From: Psammoneis japonica
Lineage: Eukaryota
DNA length: 64,000 nucleotides
Reading direction: 5' to 3'
NCBI GenBank assembly: GCA_008632985.1
Contig: QPGO01000029.1
Coordinates: 124,001-188,000, forward strand
Each line of letters begins with the position of its first letter. The stretch's first letter is position 1. The notes under the pieces are model-generated. The model searched no databases. It worked only from the letters and a program-made list of their open reading frames with translations, and was not told the DNA's origin. Shown here piece after piece: positions 24,389-36,849 of the stretch. The position numbers were made by a program, and so were the translations under genes.

Positions 24389-26760
24389 CTAGCTGATGTG
24401 TGCATCTAGGAACTCAAGAAATCGTGTCGCATACTCCTCTGGATCAACACAGCTGATTGCACTTCTATCGTAGCCCATCATTCCCTTAATATGCCTTTCA
24501 AGAATCTTTCGTGCTGTCCAGGGTTGAAGAAATCGATCAATCCCATGTAGTAAAGTGCTCGTTTACCAGCCCTCCTGCCCTTTATTATGGAAAGTGCCCC
24601 GCCATTAACGCCGCAGTTGCCCGCACCATAGTAAGGAAGTGGCTTTGTATAAACTGTAGAGAAGATGGCTTCCACCATTGAAAACGCTCGCCGGCAAAAA
24701 AGTAGTGGCGGGGCCACGAGGATGCGAATTGGTGCACCAATAGAAGACAAAACTACCCGTGTTGCGGATTTTCGTTCTTCGCCACTCCGTTCGCGTCTCG
24801 CATTGACCATCTTTGATTCCAAATCATGAGAAAGTTCTACGAGCTGCAACGACTTTGCATCAATGCGATGAGAATCCATGTGAACGACCCCCACCAATAA
24901 GCTGTAATCCATCACATTACAAGCAACGAGAAGGCGGACATCCGGCGAAGTTGCGACAGCAAGGAAGATTTCGCGGTCGCTCCAATTGAATTCCGTGCTG
25001 CGGTGCTCCTGATCGAGTCGATGACAAAGAACGCACCAACTCAACCTCTCGCGCCAGATCCAAATCTTTGAGAACCGCGTTGTTACCGCTTTTCTCACGT
25101 TCTTCTGCGGAACATTCTCTTTTTATGAACCATTGAACCAGGCCGTGAGGATCTCAACGCAAACGGCCAGAGAAAAATCAGGCTCAGCAATCCCAGGTTC
25201 TTACCTTCCTACAGTGGATCCCTTAAGGTCGTATCTCTCCGATATGAATTGAGATGCCTCCGCTGGAAAGACTGCATTCATGACCACGAAGATATGCTCC
25301 TCCTCGTCGCTGGAACGGAACTTGCTCGAGATGCTGGATAATAAACTATACACAAGTTGCAATATTCAAAAATAGCGGATTGTGAGACTCCACAACGAAC
25401 CATTCGGCGCCTTCTCTGAAGAATGACAACAATCATTACCTTCGTTCAGACGATTGGGGAGAATTACCAAGACGCACTCCGTACATTCCACAAAATCGAG
25501 TCAAGAGTGAACGCCTTGCGTTTCTTTTCATAAACATGTGATACTTTGGCAGCATGGACATGAAGGTTCGAGCTTCCTCTTTCTGTATCAAAGTGAATCC
25601 AAAGATCAGCGTCTCTCTGCTTTAAAAAGTAACAAGCTCGGCGACAACTCTTACCTTGATACTTTTTATCATGTATGCTCCATCCCTCGTGAAGAAAAAG
25701 ATTCCACCTGAGTGTGCACGGGTTAGAAGAAGAATCGGATGATCACAACAATCAAACGAGATCAGCATCAACCTTACCGATTCGCGCCGCTCCCTTGGAA
25801 TTGCTTTGAAACGACACAAAGGGTCCCGATTCCAGTATAGACTTCAAAAAGTCCGATTCATCGACACCAAATCGAGATCTTAAGTCCGAAAAGGTTTGAG
25901 GTGCATACACAGAAAGGCGTGCATAGCGACGAGACGATTTGGTTTTATTGTAGGATATTTCCGAGGACAAGCAAGTTGCGTAATCCCATTCTGTCGTATT
26001 GAAAACACATAAAAGGTGGTGAGAAAGCTGCTCTCTGCATATTCGATTGTGCATTGTACCATTTTGTGAAATTGGTCAGCCTCCGCATACCTTCCTCTTT
26101 GCTCCATGTATCATCGACCCATGAATCCAAATCGTCTTCTTCCTCCTCATCAATTTCTTCGCTGGACTTTGAGCTCGGTCTCCAGCCATAAAGATATTTT
26201 GGTGCTGCGAGAAAAGCTTTGGGTATTGATTCTTTCAAGCGACCGGAAAAGCTGCTGGATTTTTCAGAGTCCTTCTCAGCTTTCTTATCTCTATGTTCAG
26301 TGACTGGACTCAAGGAAAGTGAGTATGGATCCTCGTTTCCATTTTCTGATTCAAGGGCCGCAAGGAGCCGCGAATCGATGAGTTTTTCTGTTCCTTCGTC
26401 TTTATCATTTTCAAAAGCCAGGCGGACGCTACGTTGAAACAAAAAGGAGGCCTCCCAAACTGGAGACACTTGAGAAGAATCGGACCCATTTTTCTTTTTT
26501 CCCGCGTGCAAGTCATGAGGGCCAAGAATGAGGGGTCCATCCATGACGCCGATAATTTCGTGTTTTTGGAGGTACAACGCCCGTGATCCTGCCCTCAAGG
26601 TTGCAACGATGGTTGATGCATACGCGAGAACAGCCAACGCAGAATCTCCCCATACCACCATCTTGCGAGCTTGCGATATCAACCGCTTATCTTTCAGGCA
26701 AGCGCTGTTGCTGAAGATCTCGTCGTCGCCATCGTCTTTTTTTGGCAGTTGTGACGACAC
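24389..26760 (-). CDS. Phosphatidylinositol-phosphate kinase (PIPK domain); multi-exon, several frameshifts, start uncertain
   Basis: YAPQTFSDLRSRFG, FFFTRDGAYMIKSIK, LTRFCG, YDLKGS, KDLD, MDYSLLVG, YMGLID, ISCVDPEEYATRF. Confidence 0.85.
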
Positions 26761-27197
26761 GCGGAACGAAAAAAAAAATCAAAAAACTCCGACATCCGAG
26801 GGAATCTTCCGCGCACGAATCTTTTCAAGAAACGCGCGACTTCGAAATTGATCGATCATGTTCGTCATGACGTCATAGTTTCCGTCCATTCAACTTCGCC
26901 GACCCAAACAGTCGCCGACCTCTCGGGAGAGCTCACAAAATGATCGTGATGCGAGCTTGTTTTGCTCTCTCACAATTTGCTCAAGAAGCAACAAGAGAAA
27001 CAACAAGTTACTACAAGCAATGACGAACTCTATCCATACCACGATAAGACTATCGAAGAGCAGGCAAAAAATTTGATGCTCTCTGATCCTGACTTGCAGG
27101 AAGAGGCAAACTTGACAAACTTCAACATGCAGCGCCGGCGACAACAAGAACGACTTGAAGAAAGAGGTAGACACGAAGAAGGAATCTCAAAGCCAGT

Positions 27198-27902
27198 GTG
27201 TCCTTATCGTTTGTACCACTTCGCATGGGCGGAGGTGGTCGAACTCACGTGCCATCGGCCGAATCCAAGAAACTTGTCAGGGAAGAGGTGACTCTCCAAG
27301 ACTTGCAAAAAATGACGGAACTCTTTTACGACAAGGCATTTCAAGACGAGACTCTCGACAAATTTATTCGATCTCATGACGATCCTCATGGACCACGCTT
27401 TGCAAAGTGGATTCATTCCAAGTTGAGCGGATCAAATGTTTGGGAAAAGGATCGTGCCTCGAGGAGTGACGAGCCGGTGGAGGTTGCAGGCGGACGACGG
27501 GTTGTGGTTCATGACCGGACATCGGCTCATGCGGCTGCCTGGTATTCACCCAAACGTCCTCGTCATGAAGTGGGTCGCCACTTTGAATTGGACGAGTGTC
27601 GTGTCTGGATGAGGCTCCACTTTTGGGCCATGCGCGAGTCTGGCATCATGGAGAAATCTCCATCCTTCGCCGACTATTACGTGAGGTTCATTGGACATTT
27701 CGTTCGAGTCTATGAGGGTACTGCTCCCATGTTTGCGCGTGAAAGCTTTCGATGGTCTCAAGACCCTTCCAATATCGATCGGTACATTCGCCAAGGACGC
27801 AGGATGAATGATGTGTTGGGTGTTGATGTCCACACGGCGTTGCAAGAGCTTCCGGAATCTGAGTCTCAAGACTATGACTGGCCATACCATGTTTGGACGT
27901 AG
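27198..27902 (+). CDS. Truncated-globin-like protein; true start uncertain
   Basis: LFY (B9-B10-like), D.TLDKF, HGPRF, SAH (proximal-His-like), HF...RVWMRLHFWAM (G8-Trp-like). Confidence 0.65.
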   Translation: MSLSFVPLRMGGGGRTHVPSAESKKLVREEVTLQDLQKMTELFYDKAFQDETLDKFIRSHDDPHGPRFAKWIHSKLSGSNVWEKDRASRSDEPVEVAGGRRVVVHDRTSAHAAAWYSPKRPRHEVGRHFELDECRVWMRLHFWAMRESGIMEKSPSFADYYVRFIGHFVRVYEGTAPMFARESFRWSQDPSNIDRYIRQGRRMNDVLGVDVHTALQELPESESQDYDWPYHVWT

Positions 27903-28004
27903 ACAACTTCGAGTGTAATATATAGTAGTGCATGTACCGGTAATAGTAATGATGGATTTGACGGTATCTTTTCTATTTGCAGTCTACAGTGCAGTAGCTA
28001 GTCC

Positions 28005-28634
28005 CTATTCTAGTGATCGAAAAAGCGATGAAATCGGTATCATTTCTGGACGTGGAAATCCACCGCCTTCCAAAGGCTCAATAGGATTTTTTGGATCATA
28101 CGGATAACACCACATTGCGATTCGTTTCGAAAGCTTTGGAGGTTGGCGAAACGACACGTCTGGCTGCCCCCCTTTTGTTGTCACGTTTGTTTCTTCGTTG
28201 CTCGTTGTATCGGTATTTTTGTAGAGGAGTAGGGCACTCTGATAGGGTCGTATTGGCTCTAACCGATAAAGCAATTGGAGTGCTTCACCGAAAACTTGTC
28301 GGTCATATTTTCTCTCTTCGGACTGCGATTCCTTTTCTTCCTTTTCTCGTTCCTTCTTTGTTCGTTTTCGTTTCGTACCGGCCTTGGCTTTTTGCTTCTT
28401 GTTGACTTCTCCAACAATCTCTGAATCCTTCTTTTCCCTTTGTGGAGTTAGCTCTTGTTCGAATTCCTTGGGGAGAATCTTTTCTCCCACGAGCCGCCGC
28501 AATTCACGTTGGTGTGCTTCTCCAGACGCATTGAACCACTCGACATCCCTGCGTCGCAAGTGTACCAGAACTTCGACTGTGCGATTCTTTGCCACCCTCA
28601 GCTCCAACAGTGTACGAGTACCAAACGAGGACAT
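28005..28634 (-). CDS. Hypothetical protein with basic NLS-like segment
   Basis: 209-aa ATG-initiated ORF with normal coding composition; KRKRTKK cluster. Confidence 0.7.
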   Translation of the reverse strand: MSSFGTRTLLELRVAKNRTVEVLVHLRRRDVEWFNASGEAHQRELRRLVGEKILPKEFEQELTPQREKKDSEIVGEVNKKQKAKAGTKRKRTKKEREKEEKESQSEERKYDRQVFGEALQLLYRLEPIRPYQSALLLYKNTDTTSNEETNVTTKGGQPDVSFRQPPKLSKRIAMWCYPYDPKNPIEPLEGGGFPRPEMIPISSLFRSLE

Positions 28635-28947
28635 ATGATGTTGACGGTATTATCGATGCAGATAATTCACCAATTGTTTGGAAAATAAGCGAAGTGTTGT
28701 GTGTTGTTGTTGTTGTGTTGACCACCTTTCACCTTGAACCTGCACACTTGCACACTGAACGTATCACGAAAAGGCGAAAGATCCAGAAAGATCTGTCCTG
28801 TAGAAATCGTACGGGGGTCTACACAAGCTCCATCCGACGCGACACCGCGACCCATGACTACCAGCACCGACACAACCCTCAATCCCATTCCTTATATAGC
28901 AGCGGCTGCAACAAAGGGCGCTGATATTAGCAGTTCAGTCTCGTAGC

Positions 28948-30245
28948 ATGGCTTATTTAGGAGATGATGACGCAGTGATGGCGTCGGCGGTACCCATTTT
29001 TCCTCCTAGACCGGATGCGATTTGCACAATGTTGACTTCGGATGATTATCTACCTGGTGCTCAGACGTTGTTGTACTCGGTAAAGGTGCGTGACTGAGGT
29101 TTGGGAGGTGTGGTAGCTTCCGATTCTGTCATGATGTTCTGACTCTAGTCTACGTTTCCTTACGCCAGAAATCACTTCCTACCGACAAAGACTACCCACC
29201 GGAGATTATTGTTCTCGTGACTCACAGCGTCTCGGCAAAAACTCGCGCAGCGTTGCACCCCGCGTTCTGTACTCGCATTATTGAGGTTGCACCGATTTGC
29301 TTTCCTCCAGATTCCATCAATAAAAAGATATCATCAAATTTGTCGTGGGACAACTGTGGCCTGACAAAGTTGCATATCTTTTCGCTTGCAGTATATGATA
29401 CACTTTTGTACTTGGATGCCGACTGCCTCGTCGTGGAGGACGTTTGCACGCCACTTTTACAGCTGGGCAAGGTCTTTATTCAGTCGGAAGCTTTGATTGC
29501 TGCCGCACCCGATATATTTCCTCCCGACAAGTTCAATGCAGGCGTTCTAGTCGTGAGGCCCAGCAAGGCTGTGTTTAACAACATGATGGCACAGCGATCG
29601 CTGCTTCGTACCTATGACGGTGGAGACACGGGATTTCTTAATGCCTACTTTTCCGATTGGTACAGAGACATGCCGCCCATGGCCAGGCTTCCTTTTGGGT
29701 ACAACGCGCAGCGCTTTCTGTACACTTGTACCTATGAGAAGCAGCCCAACTATTGGGATTTAGCAGTCGCTCCAGACCTAAAGGTGATTCACTACAGCTC
29801 CACCCCAAAGCCGTGGGAGAAACAAACATTGCATGCCACTGATGCAGATGGGGACGGAAAGCCGGCCGCAGCAGCAGAGCACTTGGATGAGGAAGCTGCT
29901 CGAATCATACAAAAGAGCGGAAGCAAATCGGGGGATTTGGATCAAATATGGAGAAAGTGGTATCAGCGAAGTCGCAACTACGCAATCAAGTTTCGCAAAG
30001 AGCGAGACGAACAAGAAAAACACGCAGAGGAGGCCAAGAAAAAGAGGGCGGCGGAGAGAGCTTTTGCTCCCCGGGATCCAAAAGAAATGCACAGGCTGGT
30101 GACAAAGCGGTACAAACAGCTCCGAAAAGAAGGAAAGAGTGTTCAAGATGCCATGACACAGGCAAGACGAGAGCTTGGAGCTGACAAGGAGGACGACGTA
30201 AACCCGGGTGCACAAGTTGCAGCCATGTTTGGTATGCCTTTATAG
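28948..30245 (+). CDS. Glycosyltransferase family 8 (glycogenin-like); 2 exons
   Basis: TMLTSDDYLPGA, TKLHIF, YLDAD, FNAGV, DGGDTGFLN, HYSSTPKPW. Intron 29086-29168 in frame. Confidence 0.9.
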
Positions 30246-30280
30246 TCTAGTAGCTTTGTGTTCAATCACTACCCTCAGTG

Positions 30281-31288
30281 TCAGTCCGCCTGTAAAAACG
30301 TAGCAATCCTGGATGCCAGAACTTGGCACCACGCAACGTCTCGTGGCGTAAAGCTCTTGGCAGTATCCGATCCAAGAACGAGCACAGACAAACTCCCACC
30401 TTCACTCGCAACAGGAAGCAACAAGGCCTCTTGTGTATTTGGAGGCAAGTAGGTGAATTCCACTCTACCGGGCAACGCTTGAAGGGTTGGAAGGTAGCTT
30501 TCTTTGGATGTGTTGGTCCGAAACCTATCAAGAATCGGAGTCGTTGACGACTCTGGCAACGACGGATCGCTGGGAACAATCCCCGCCAAGGCTGATATGC
30601 TCCATCTATCCGCAATATCCGTCAACAGCACTGCTGTTTTTGCCGGAGTAGCAGCCAGCACAGATGTCATGGCCCATTCTATATCCTTTTGTCTCGTTTG
30701 AATCGAGTAATTCTGAAAGACGGGTGACGATAGCAACGTTCCTTCAAGCGTCACAGACTCGGCCAGCGCAGAAGTCACGTCTAGTTTGCTAACGCCATTG
30801 AGCAACACTGCACCAGAGGCAAAGACAGCCAACAGATCAGATCGTGTTTCCTGTCCCAATGTTTCTGTCGACAAGGAATCCATTTCTGCCAAGCGATTCC
30901 CAACCGCAAGAACCAATCCAACTAGTCCCAAAACAATCGAGCCAACGTCGGAAGAGATCAAGGACAAGAGGTAGTCAAACACATTGGTAAAGCCCCCATC
31001 GCTACTACTGCTCTCTATTCCCGAAAAGCGCGCTTTGCCTCCAGAGCTCTTTTCGGTATCACTGTTTTCGGTAGCAGCCCATCTTTTCGTTGTTTCGTAC
31101 CGATAAGTTCCATCACAATCCGCAGTAAGCCGGTCTCTGCGCGATGCAATCATGGCGGTTGTCGCGTGGGGTCTGCAATTTACGGTGAACCCTGATACCG
31201 AAATGAAACATAAGATAATCACTCCTACGGTCATTATCAGCCGACACGGTGTCATGCTTCTTATCCTTCCGACGGTAGGCGTCGTCAT
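30281..31288 (-). CDS. CCB4: Cytochrome b6 heme ci assembly factor, CCB2/CCB4 family, plastid presequence
   Basis: VGNR...RSDLLAV TM pair, YLPTLQALPGRVEFTYLP.NTQ, LVLGSDTAKSFTPRDVAW; signal ending VSG-F. Confidence 0.8.
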   Translation of the reverse strand: MTTPTVGRIRSMTPCRLIMTVGVIILCFISVSGFTVNCRPHATTAMIASRRDRLTADCDGTYRYETTKRWAATENSDTEKSSGGKARFSGIESSSSDGGFTNVFDYLLSLISSDVGSIVLGLVGLVLAVGNRLAEMDSLSTETLGQETRSDLLAVFASGAVLLNGVSKLDVTSALAESVTLEGTLLSSPVFQNYSIQTRQKDIEWAMTSVLAATPAKTAVLLTDIADRWSISALAGIVPSDPSLPESSTTPILDRFRTNTSKESYLPTLQALPGRVEFTYLPPNTQEALLLPVASEGGSLSVLVLGSDTAKSFTPRDVAWCQVLASRIATFLQAD

Positions 31289-31598
31289 GGTGTAATATGA
31301 CGCCGCCGCCTAAACAAAAACCAAAAAACAAAAAAGGAATGTACAGGATGGACAGAGGGACGGACGGCCCCACAGATGACAAGAAACAGCACATAGACCC
31401 AAGCAGCAAAGGTCTGATGCTTGTCGTCAGTCCATCGTGCGAAAGCGCGCGACTCGCGCAGAGCGCTGATGGCCGGTTCGTGTTGACGGATTCCAGGATG
31501 ACGGCATCAACAATGACCTTGCGGCGTTGTCAAAGACCGGCAAGCCAAGCGTGAGATAAAGCCAGTAGAGCAAAACAAAACAAAAAAAGCAGTTCACT

Positions 31599-33250
31599 AT
31601 GCATCGTCGCAGCGTCAATGAAGCTAGAAACACAAAGGTGCTGCCCACTCAGAAGAAAGGCACCCGAGATAAAAAGAAGGGAACACAAACCGTTTTTGTT
31701 TTCTTGGTGCTTGCGATGTTTGTGGCTCCTCTGATTTTGTTTCTTGCGATAAAATCCCTTCCCGAGTCAACGCGCAGTGACCGAGTAGAGTATCCACTAC
31801 CGTTACACGGACTTGAGAATCATCGTCTGCGACAAAAAAAGCCTCGAAGAGTTGATGATCATCCGGACCCACCGAAAGATGCTCTGAGAGAGCCTCCAGT
31901 CACTGATGCGGAAGTCAACAAGGACCAGAAAGTCGCCAACATCAGTAAAGACACGGAATATTACATGATCTTTTCTACGTCGTGTTCTGCCTTTCAGGAT
32001 TGGCAGTCTTATGTGCTTTTCTACACTGCCATGAAAGTCAAACAGCCCGGTCACGTGATTCGTCTTGCGTCGGGATGTACCGAAGAAAAAACTGAAGTGC
32101 TCAAGAAAATTCACGAGGAACGAATCAAACCCATGTCTGAAAATTTCCATGTTCATTTTACACCAGACTTTGCGGGAGAAGGCAAAGATAGGTACAAGTA
32201 CAATAACAAGCCTTTTGGATTGCGTCACTTTATGGAGAACTTCTTGGGATACCCTGAAAACAAAGAGGCCGAAGACGCGGTTATCATTATTGTGGATCCA
32301 GACCAGTTGTTGCTGAAACCAATCACACGCGACTTTTCCCAAACCAATGTTATATGGCATTTGGGACCCGACGAAATGAAGGGGATCAAAAAACCGAGAA
32401 CTCGAGTCGAGCACGGAACTCCTATTGCCCAAATGTATGCTTTTGGGGATCAGCCCTTTCGTAAAGTCAACATTTCCGCCGTCGCTGGCAAGGACTCTCT
32501 TGCTCTTAAAGTTTCTACCAACGAGGCAATTTCCTACTATCCCGCTGGTCCACCGTATTTGGCAACCACACGAGACATGTACAATATTGCAGTGCACTGG
32601 ACAGAATTCATGCCCGAGATTCACCGTCAGTACCCGGAACTTCTTGGTGAAATGTTTGGATACTGCCTGGCATCTGCACACGTGGGCCTGCCGCATCAGA
32701 TTGCCGAAAGTTTCATGGTGAGTGATCCAGACATGACACAGGAAGGGTGGGGCCTGTTTGAATCGTATCCTGTCGAGAGCTTGTGCGAGCCAGATGCGGT
32801 GCCCGAACAAGATTTGCCGCAGGTTCTGCACTATTGTCAACGGTACTGGCTGGGGAAATGGGTGAGTTACCGAATTGAGTCTGCTGACGGGCTTTCGACG
32901 TTTGCCATTACTAATGCTATATCATTTTTCTCTAGTTTATCGGAAAATACCGTTTAGATGAGAACTTTATTTCTTGCGAGGCCCCACTCTTGACCGAGCC
33001 ACCAAAGGATGTCGGAGTCAAGTATGACTATTACATTGCACCGGGAGGAGTTCCTTATGGAACAAAGGTGGAACTGTCTCCTGAACGAGTGAAGCGTCAT
33101 GCGTGGACCATGTGCTTCTTGATTCGAACTTTGAATGAGGTTGCCATTTACTTCAAAAAGCACCATTGCGACGAGACCGCCAATTACAACATGACGTATG
33201 TGTTTGGACCGAATCGCACCGAGTACTCAAGCAAGTTACAGAAGCATTAA
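31599..33250 (+). CDS. Type II membrane HPAT/SERGT1-like glycosyltransferase; 2 exons
   Basis: N-terminal TM, FSTSCSAFQDWQS, RL, NKPFGL, DPD, GPPY, EMFGY, LHYC. Intron 32862-32935. Confidence 0.8.
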
Positions 33251-33586
33251 AAAAAGAAAAGATTGTGATATACTGTACTTACAGAACTGGTACCACGAAG
33301 ATTACCTAATTGTCCAAAAAGGAGGATCGCACTCGGGTGGTGAGCTGATAATCTTCGCTGGAATAGGGTTGTGCTACACTGAACGCATGAATCAATCCAG
33401 CGATTGCATCTTTGGAATGCACAGGTAATAGCAATACTGTTAGGTTTTATTAGCTATCTTTTGCTCATTATACTTGCTTACATGGGCCAATTCTACAAAA
33501 GCTTGACAACAGATTCGATCCATTACTTCTCGCATCAACCATACAACCAATTATTTTAAAATTTCACACAAATACAAAAAACAACT

Positions 33587-34282
33587 TTACAACCCCGCCT
33601 TTTTTGCTGCCTCTGCCTGTAGCTTGGCAATGTCTGCTTCAAGCATCGCGTCGTTGTATCCCTTGACTGTCGGATTCAGTCTGCAAATCGACTCACTTAG
33701 TGCAGTAGCAAGAAGAAGCCATAAAAGATAGGGTATCAACAAAATCCCCGATAACGGATAAACGTTGTAAAATGAGGAAATGATTGGCAGGAGGGTCGCA
33801 ACCAGCGCAATGTTCATTACATGACCAGCACGAAGTCTCTTCATTCCAAAGAAGACAAAGGCCCACGAAATGTTTAGGGCATAGTGAAAGAAGGCCAGTT
33901 TCATTTCGGGAGAATTTAGGCCTTTCACTTTAAACACTCTGAAGCCCGAGTATCCAATGAGAGAGTATAGAATCGTCCAAACGATTGGAAACACTCGGTT
34001 TGGAGGTGTCCAGTCAGGCAGACTGATCCTTTTGTACCAAGTATCTGTGGCTTTGGCTACAAATGGTGAACCAAGAGAGCCACCAATAACTGATCCCACT
34101 ACCCACGTCACTGCACTACTCCCGATAGACATGGTCAGGGGCTTGACCGTGTTGACCCCACGAGGCTGAACAATCCGTCGCTCCTGCAAACCCAATTTTG
34201 ACGATGGTGTCACAAGAGCAAATCCCGAGAAAGACCTACTGAGCAACACGAGAAACATTGACAAGGTTTTGAATCGGCACAT
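33587..34282 (-). CDS. TSPO: TspO/MBR translocator family protein with presequence
   Basis: WYKRISLPDWTPPNRVFPIVWTILY, LNISWAFVFFG, LLIPYLLW. Confidence 0.9.
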   Translation of the reverse strand: MCRFKTLSMFLVLLSRSFSGFALVTPSSKLGLQERRIVQPRGVNTVKPLTMSIGSSAVTWVVGSVIGGSLGSPFVAKATDTWYKRISLPDWTPPNRVFPIVWTILYSLIGYSGFRVFKVKGLNSPEMKLAFFHYALNISWAFVFFGMKRLRAGHVMNIALVATLLPIISSFYNVYPLSGILLIPYLLWLLLATALSESICRLNPTVKGYNDAMLEADIAKLQAEAAKKAGL

Positions 34283-34682
34283 GGTGAATGAGATGGTCTG
34301 GCAAAGAGCTCTCACTCTTTGATCTCAGTCTAGAGCTAGTACGGTAGGGTGCCGTTGCCCATTGCGGCGAAAGAGGCGAAAGTCCGAAAGATCAAAGATC
34401 TCTCAGATTGAAGATCCAGATCGCGTCACGCAAGACATCGCGTGCAAGGACAAAAAACAGACTGTGTGTCGTCATTTGAAATTTCCGGGTGCCTGGCTGG
34501 GCCAGTGAAGAATGAAGAATCATGAATCATTGAATCATTCATCATTCATCATTCTCATTCAACGCATCGGCAATCGAGCAATCGACAATGTTCGAGTGCG
34601 TTCCAAGCAAAGGAAGTCCGAAGAACCGAAGAACCGACCACAATCTCATATTTTTCTATAGTTAGCATATGAGGGATCACTG

Positions 34683-36364
34683 ATGTGTCAGTCAGAACAG
34701 AAGCGACAACGACCAAATTGGGAAAGTGTGCCGAAAACTCGTGCTTCAGCGGGGCTCCTGGTTATGAGAACATTTCTACTATCCTTGTCGAGGAGAACGG
34801 GTGAAGATGCTGTTGTTGTTGTTTATCAGCTCGCGAAACAAATCTGCTCTTCAGCATGGCAAGGGCAGATTCTTCCCAGGTTTACCGTGGTACTTTTTGG
34901 TCAGTTTGCCATTCATGTTTTTCTATTCGGGTCATCGCCATTTCTGGAGTCGACTGAGAATAATCGACTCGCTTCAGCACGGCTATTATCACTTTTACTG
35001 ATAATATTGAATACAGTTCTCAATGTTATCGGCTATGGGTTGTTGGTGAGGCTGTACCGGCATTCGGTCACCACCATATTTAATAGGAATCTTCCAAATA
35101 CTGTCAGGCAATGCATCCCATCGTTTGGGGCTCACATGGCGATGCTTCGTCCTTTGGAAACCTGCTGGCGTTATGCAACGGCAAGGTTCCGTGTTTTGCC
35201 TGATATTATTGTTCTTGGAGAAGTTAGATGTGGCACCACGACCCTATGTCACCATTTATCTGACTTACCGGGTTGCAAACAACCGTTTTGCCTGTGGAAG
35301 CACCCAGAGCTCGATAGAAAGGAAACATTCTACTTTGTAGGACACTATCTCGGAATGGTGGACCCCGTGTATTATCGGATGTGCTTTCCTCTGGCGATTA
35401 CCAAATGGTTTCACCGAGTCGTGCTGCGCAAACCCTTTTTCACGTTTGATGGATGCGCACAATACCTCACCAGTCCGACCGCGCCCTATCTCATTGCACA
35501 AGCCTACCGATTAGCCGGCCAACCACCACCAGTGTTGGTTGCATGCGTTCGAGATCCAGTGGACCAAGCTGTTAGCTGGTGGAGATTTGAGAACAATGCT
35601 ATGAGTTGGTAAGTATTTATCCACTTCCTATAGCGACCCGCTGTATCGATATGAACGCGACCAATTCATGTCCCATTTATCTTCTGTGCAGGGGCAGCAG
35701 CATGGGATTAACTACTTGGAACACGGATTTGAGATCATCGTCATATCCACCAAGCACAATTTCCAATGCGGTTGACTTTTCATCTTCGGAACCGGTCGAA
35801 CAGTCATACCAAAAAGCCGAGGCGCTGGCCAAGAACATGATCTCGAATCCACCAAGTCCTTTTGTATTCCCATCGTGGGCCTTGACGTGGCCTTCTGGTC
35901 AACTTTCAGTGATTGGGCGAAATGGACTATACTGTCACAATATTCGTAGGTATGAAAGGATCTTTTCCGAGTACTTTCCTATTTTGGAGAAGCAGTCGAC
36001 ATTAGAGGACATTTATCCCAGTCAATCAAACTTGAGACACGTAAATGTTGTGCCACTCATGAATATGAAGTCAACAACCCAGCTGAGCAACATCATGACA
36101 GCACTAATGAAACAGATCACTACACGCCAAACTGAAAATGCTCCTCATTTAGAGCTGGCATCCCATGGCACAATAAGGAGCTGCAGCCCTGTACACCGAA
36201 ATGCAACGCTTTCGCTACAAGAAGAGGACAAGTTACTCACACCACAAGAAGAAGCCCGTTTGATCCACACATTCTCTAGAGATACGCAAGAGTTGGAATC
36301 CATATGTGGCTTTTGCTTTGGTTGGAAATCTTCTCAGCTGGAGACGGGAGAAGAGACTCGGTGA
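34683..36364 (+). CDS. Sulfotransferase-domain membrane protein; 2 exons
   Basis: LPDIIVLGEVRCGTTTL (5'-PSB-like), KETFYF, RDPVDQAVSW (3'-PB-like). Intron 35609-35691. Confidence 0.8.
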
Positions 36365-36849
36365 CAAATTCCGAGTAATGGAGAAGAGAGAGTTGCCAGT
36401 GCCACACAGTAATGCACACGCAGTGCAATCGTAGGTCAAGCCACAGTTGGAGTCCATTCTTTTGGCGCTACAGCTAGCGATTTACCCGCTGATGCCTAGT
36501 AGATAGCTAAATCGCTAGTAACTGATGCCAAACTCCACAAACTGAAATGCATTTGAGGCACATAGCATATGACCCATTGCCAATGTCATCCAATAAGATG
36601 CTTCGTCTCGAAGTCGCACTCTAGAGCTGTCTTTCTCTAGTCACAAGGCTGTGTTTAAAGGGACAGTGATTCAAAACAAACATTTTAGAATTTTGGGGAG
36701 GAGTTCAAAGCGCTTATGACGCCATCTCCACTGCATCCACCTCGCTCTATTCTACTTTAGTGGGTCGGGCTGGCTGACTGGCCGGCCGGACCTTGCGGGT
36801 CCTCACAAAAGCGCGCTCGACTGTCCTCAATGTCACAGTAGACTAAGAC

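Noticed and set aside
31803..32840. Long antisense ORFs (also 2916-3686 and 53590-54231)
   Set aside because: Shadows of genuine genes on the opposite strand, with no motifs of their own.
15632..36364. Functional gene cluster of lipid, glycan and plastid genes
   Set aside because: Mixed functions, orientations and compartments; ordinary for a compact genome, with no shared pathway evident.
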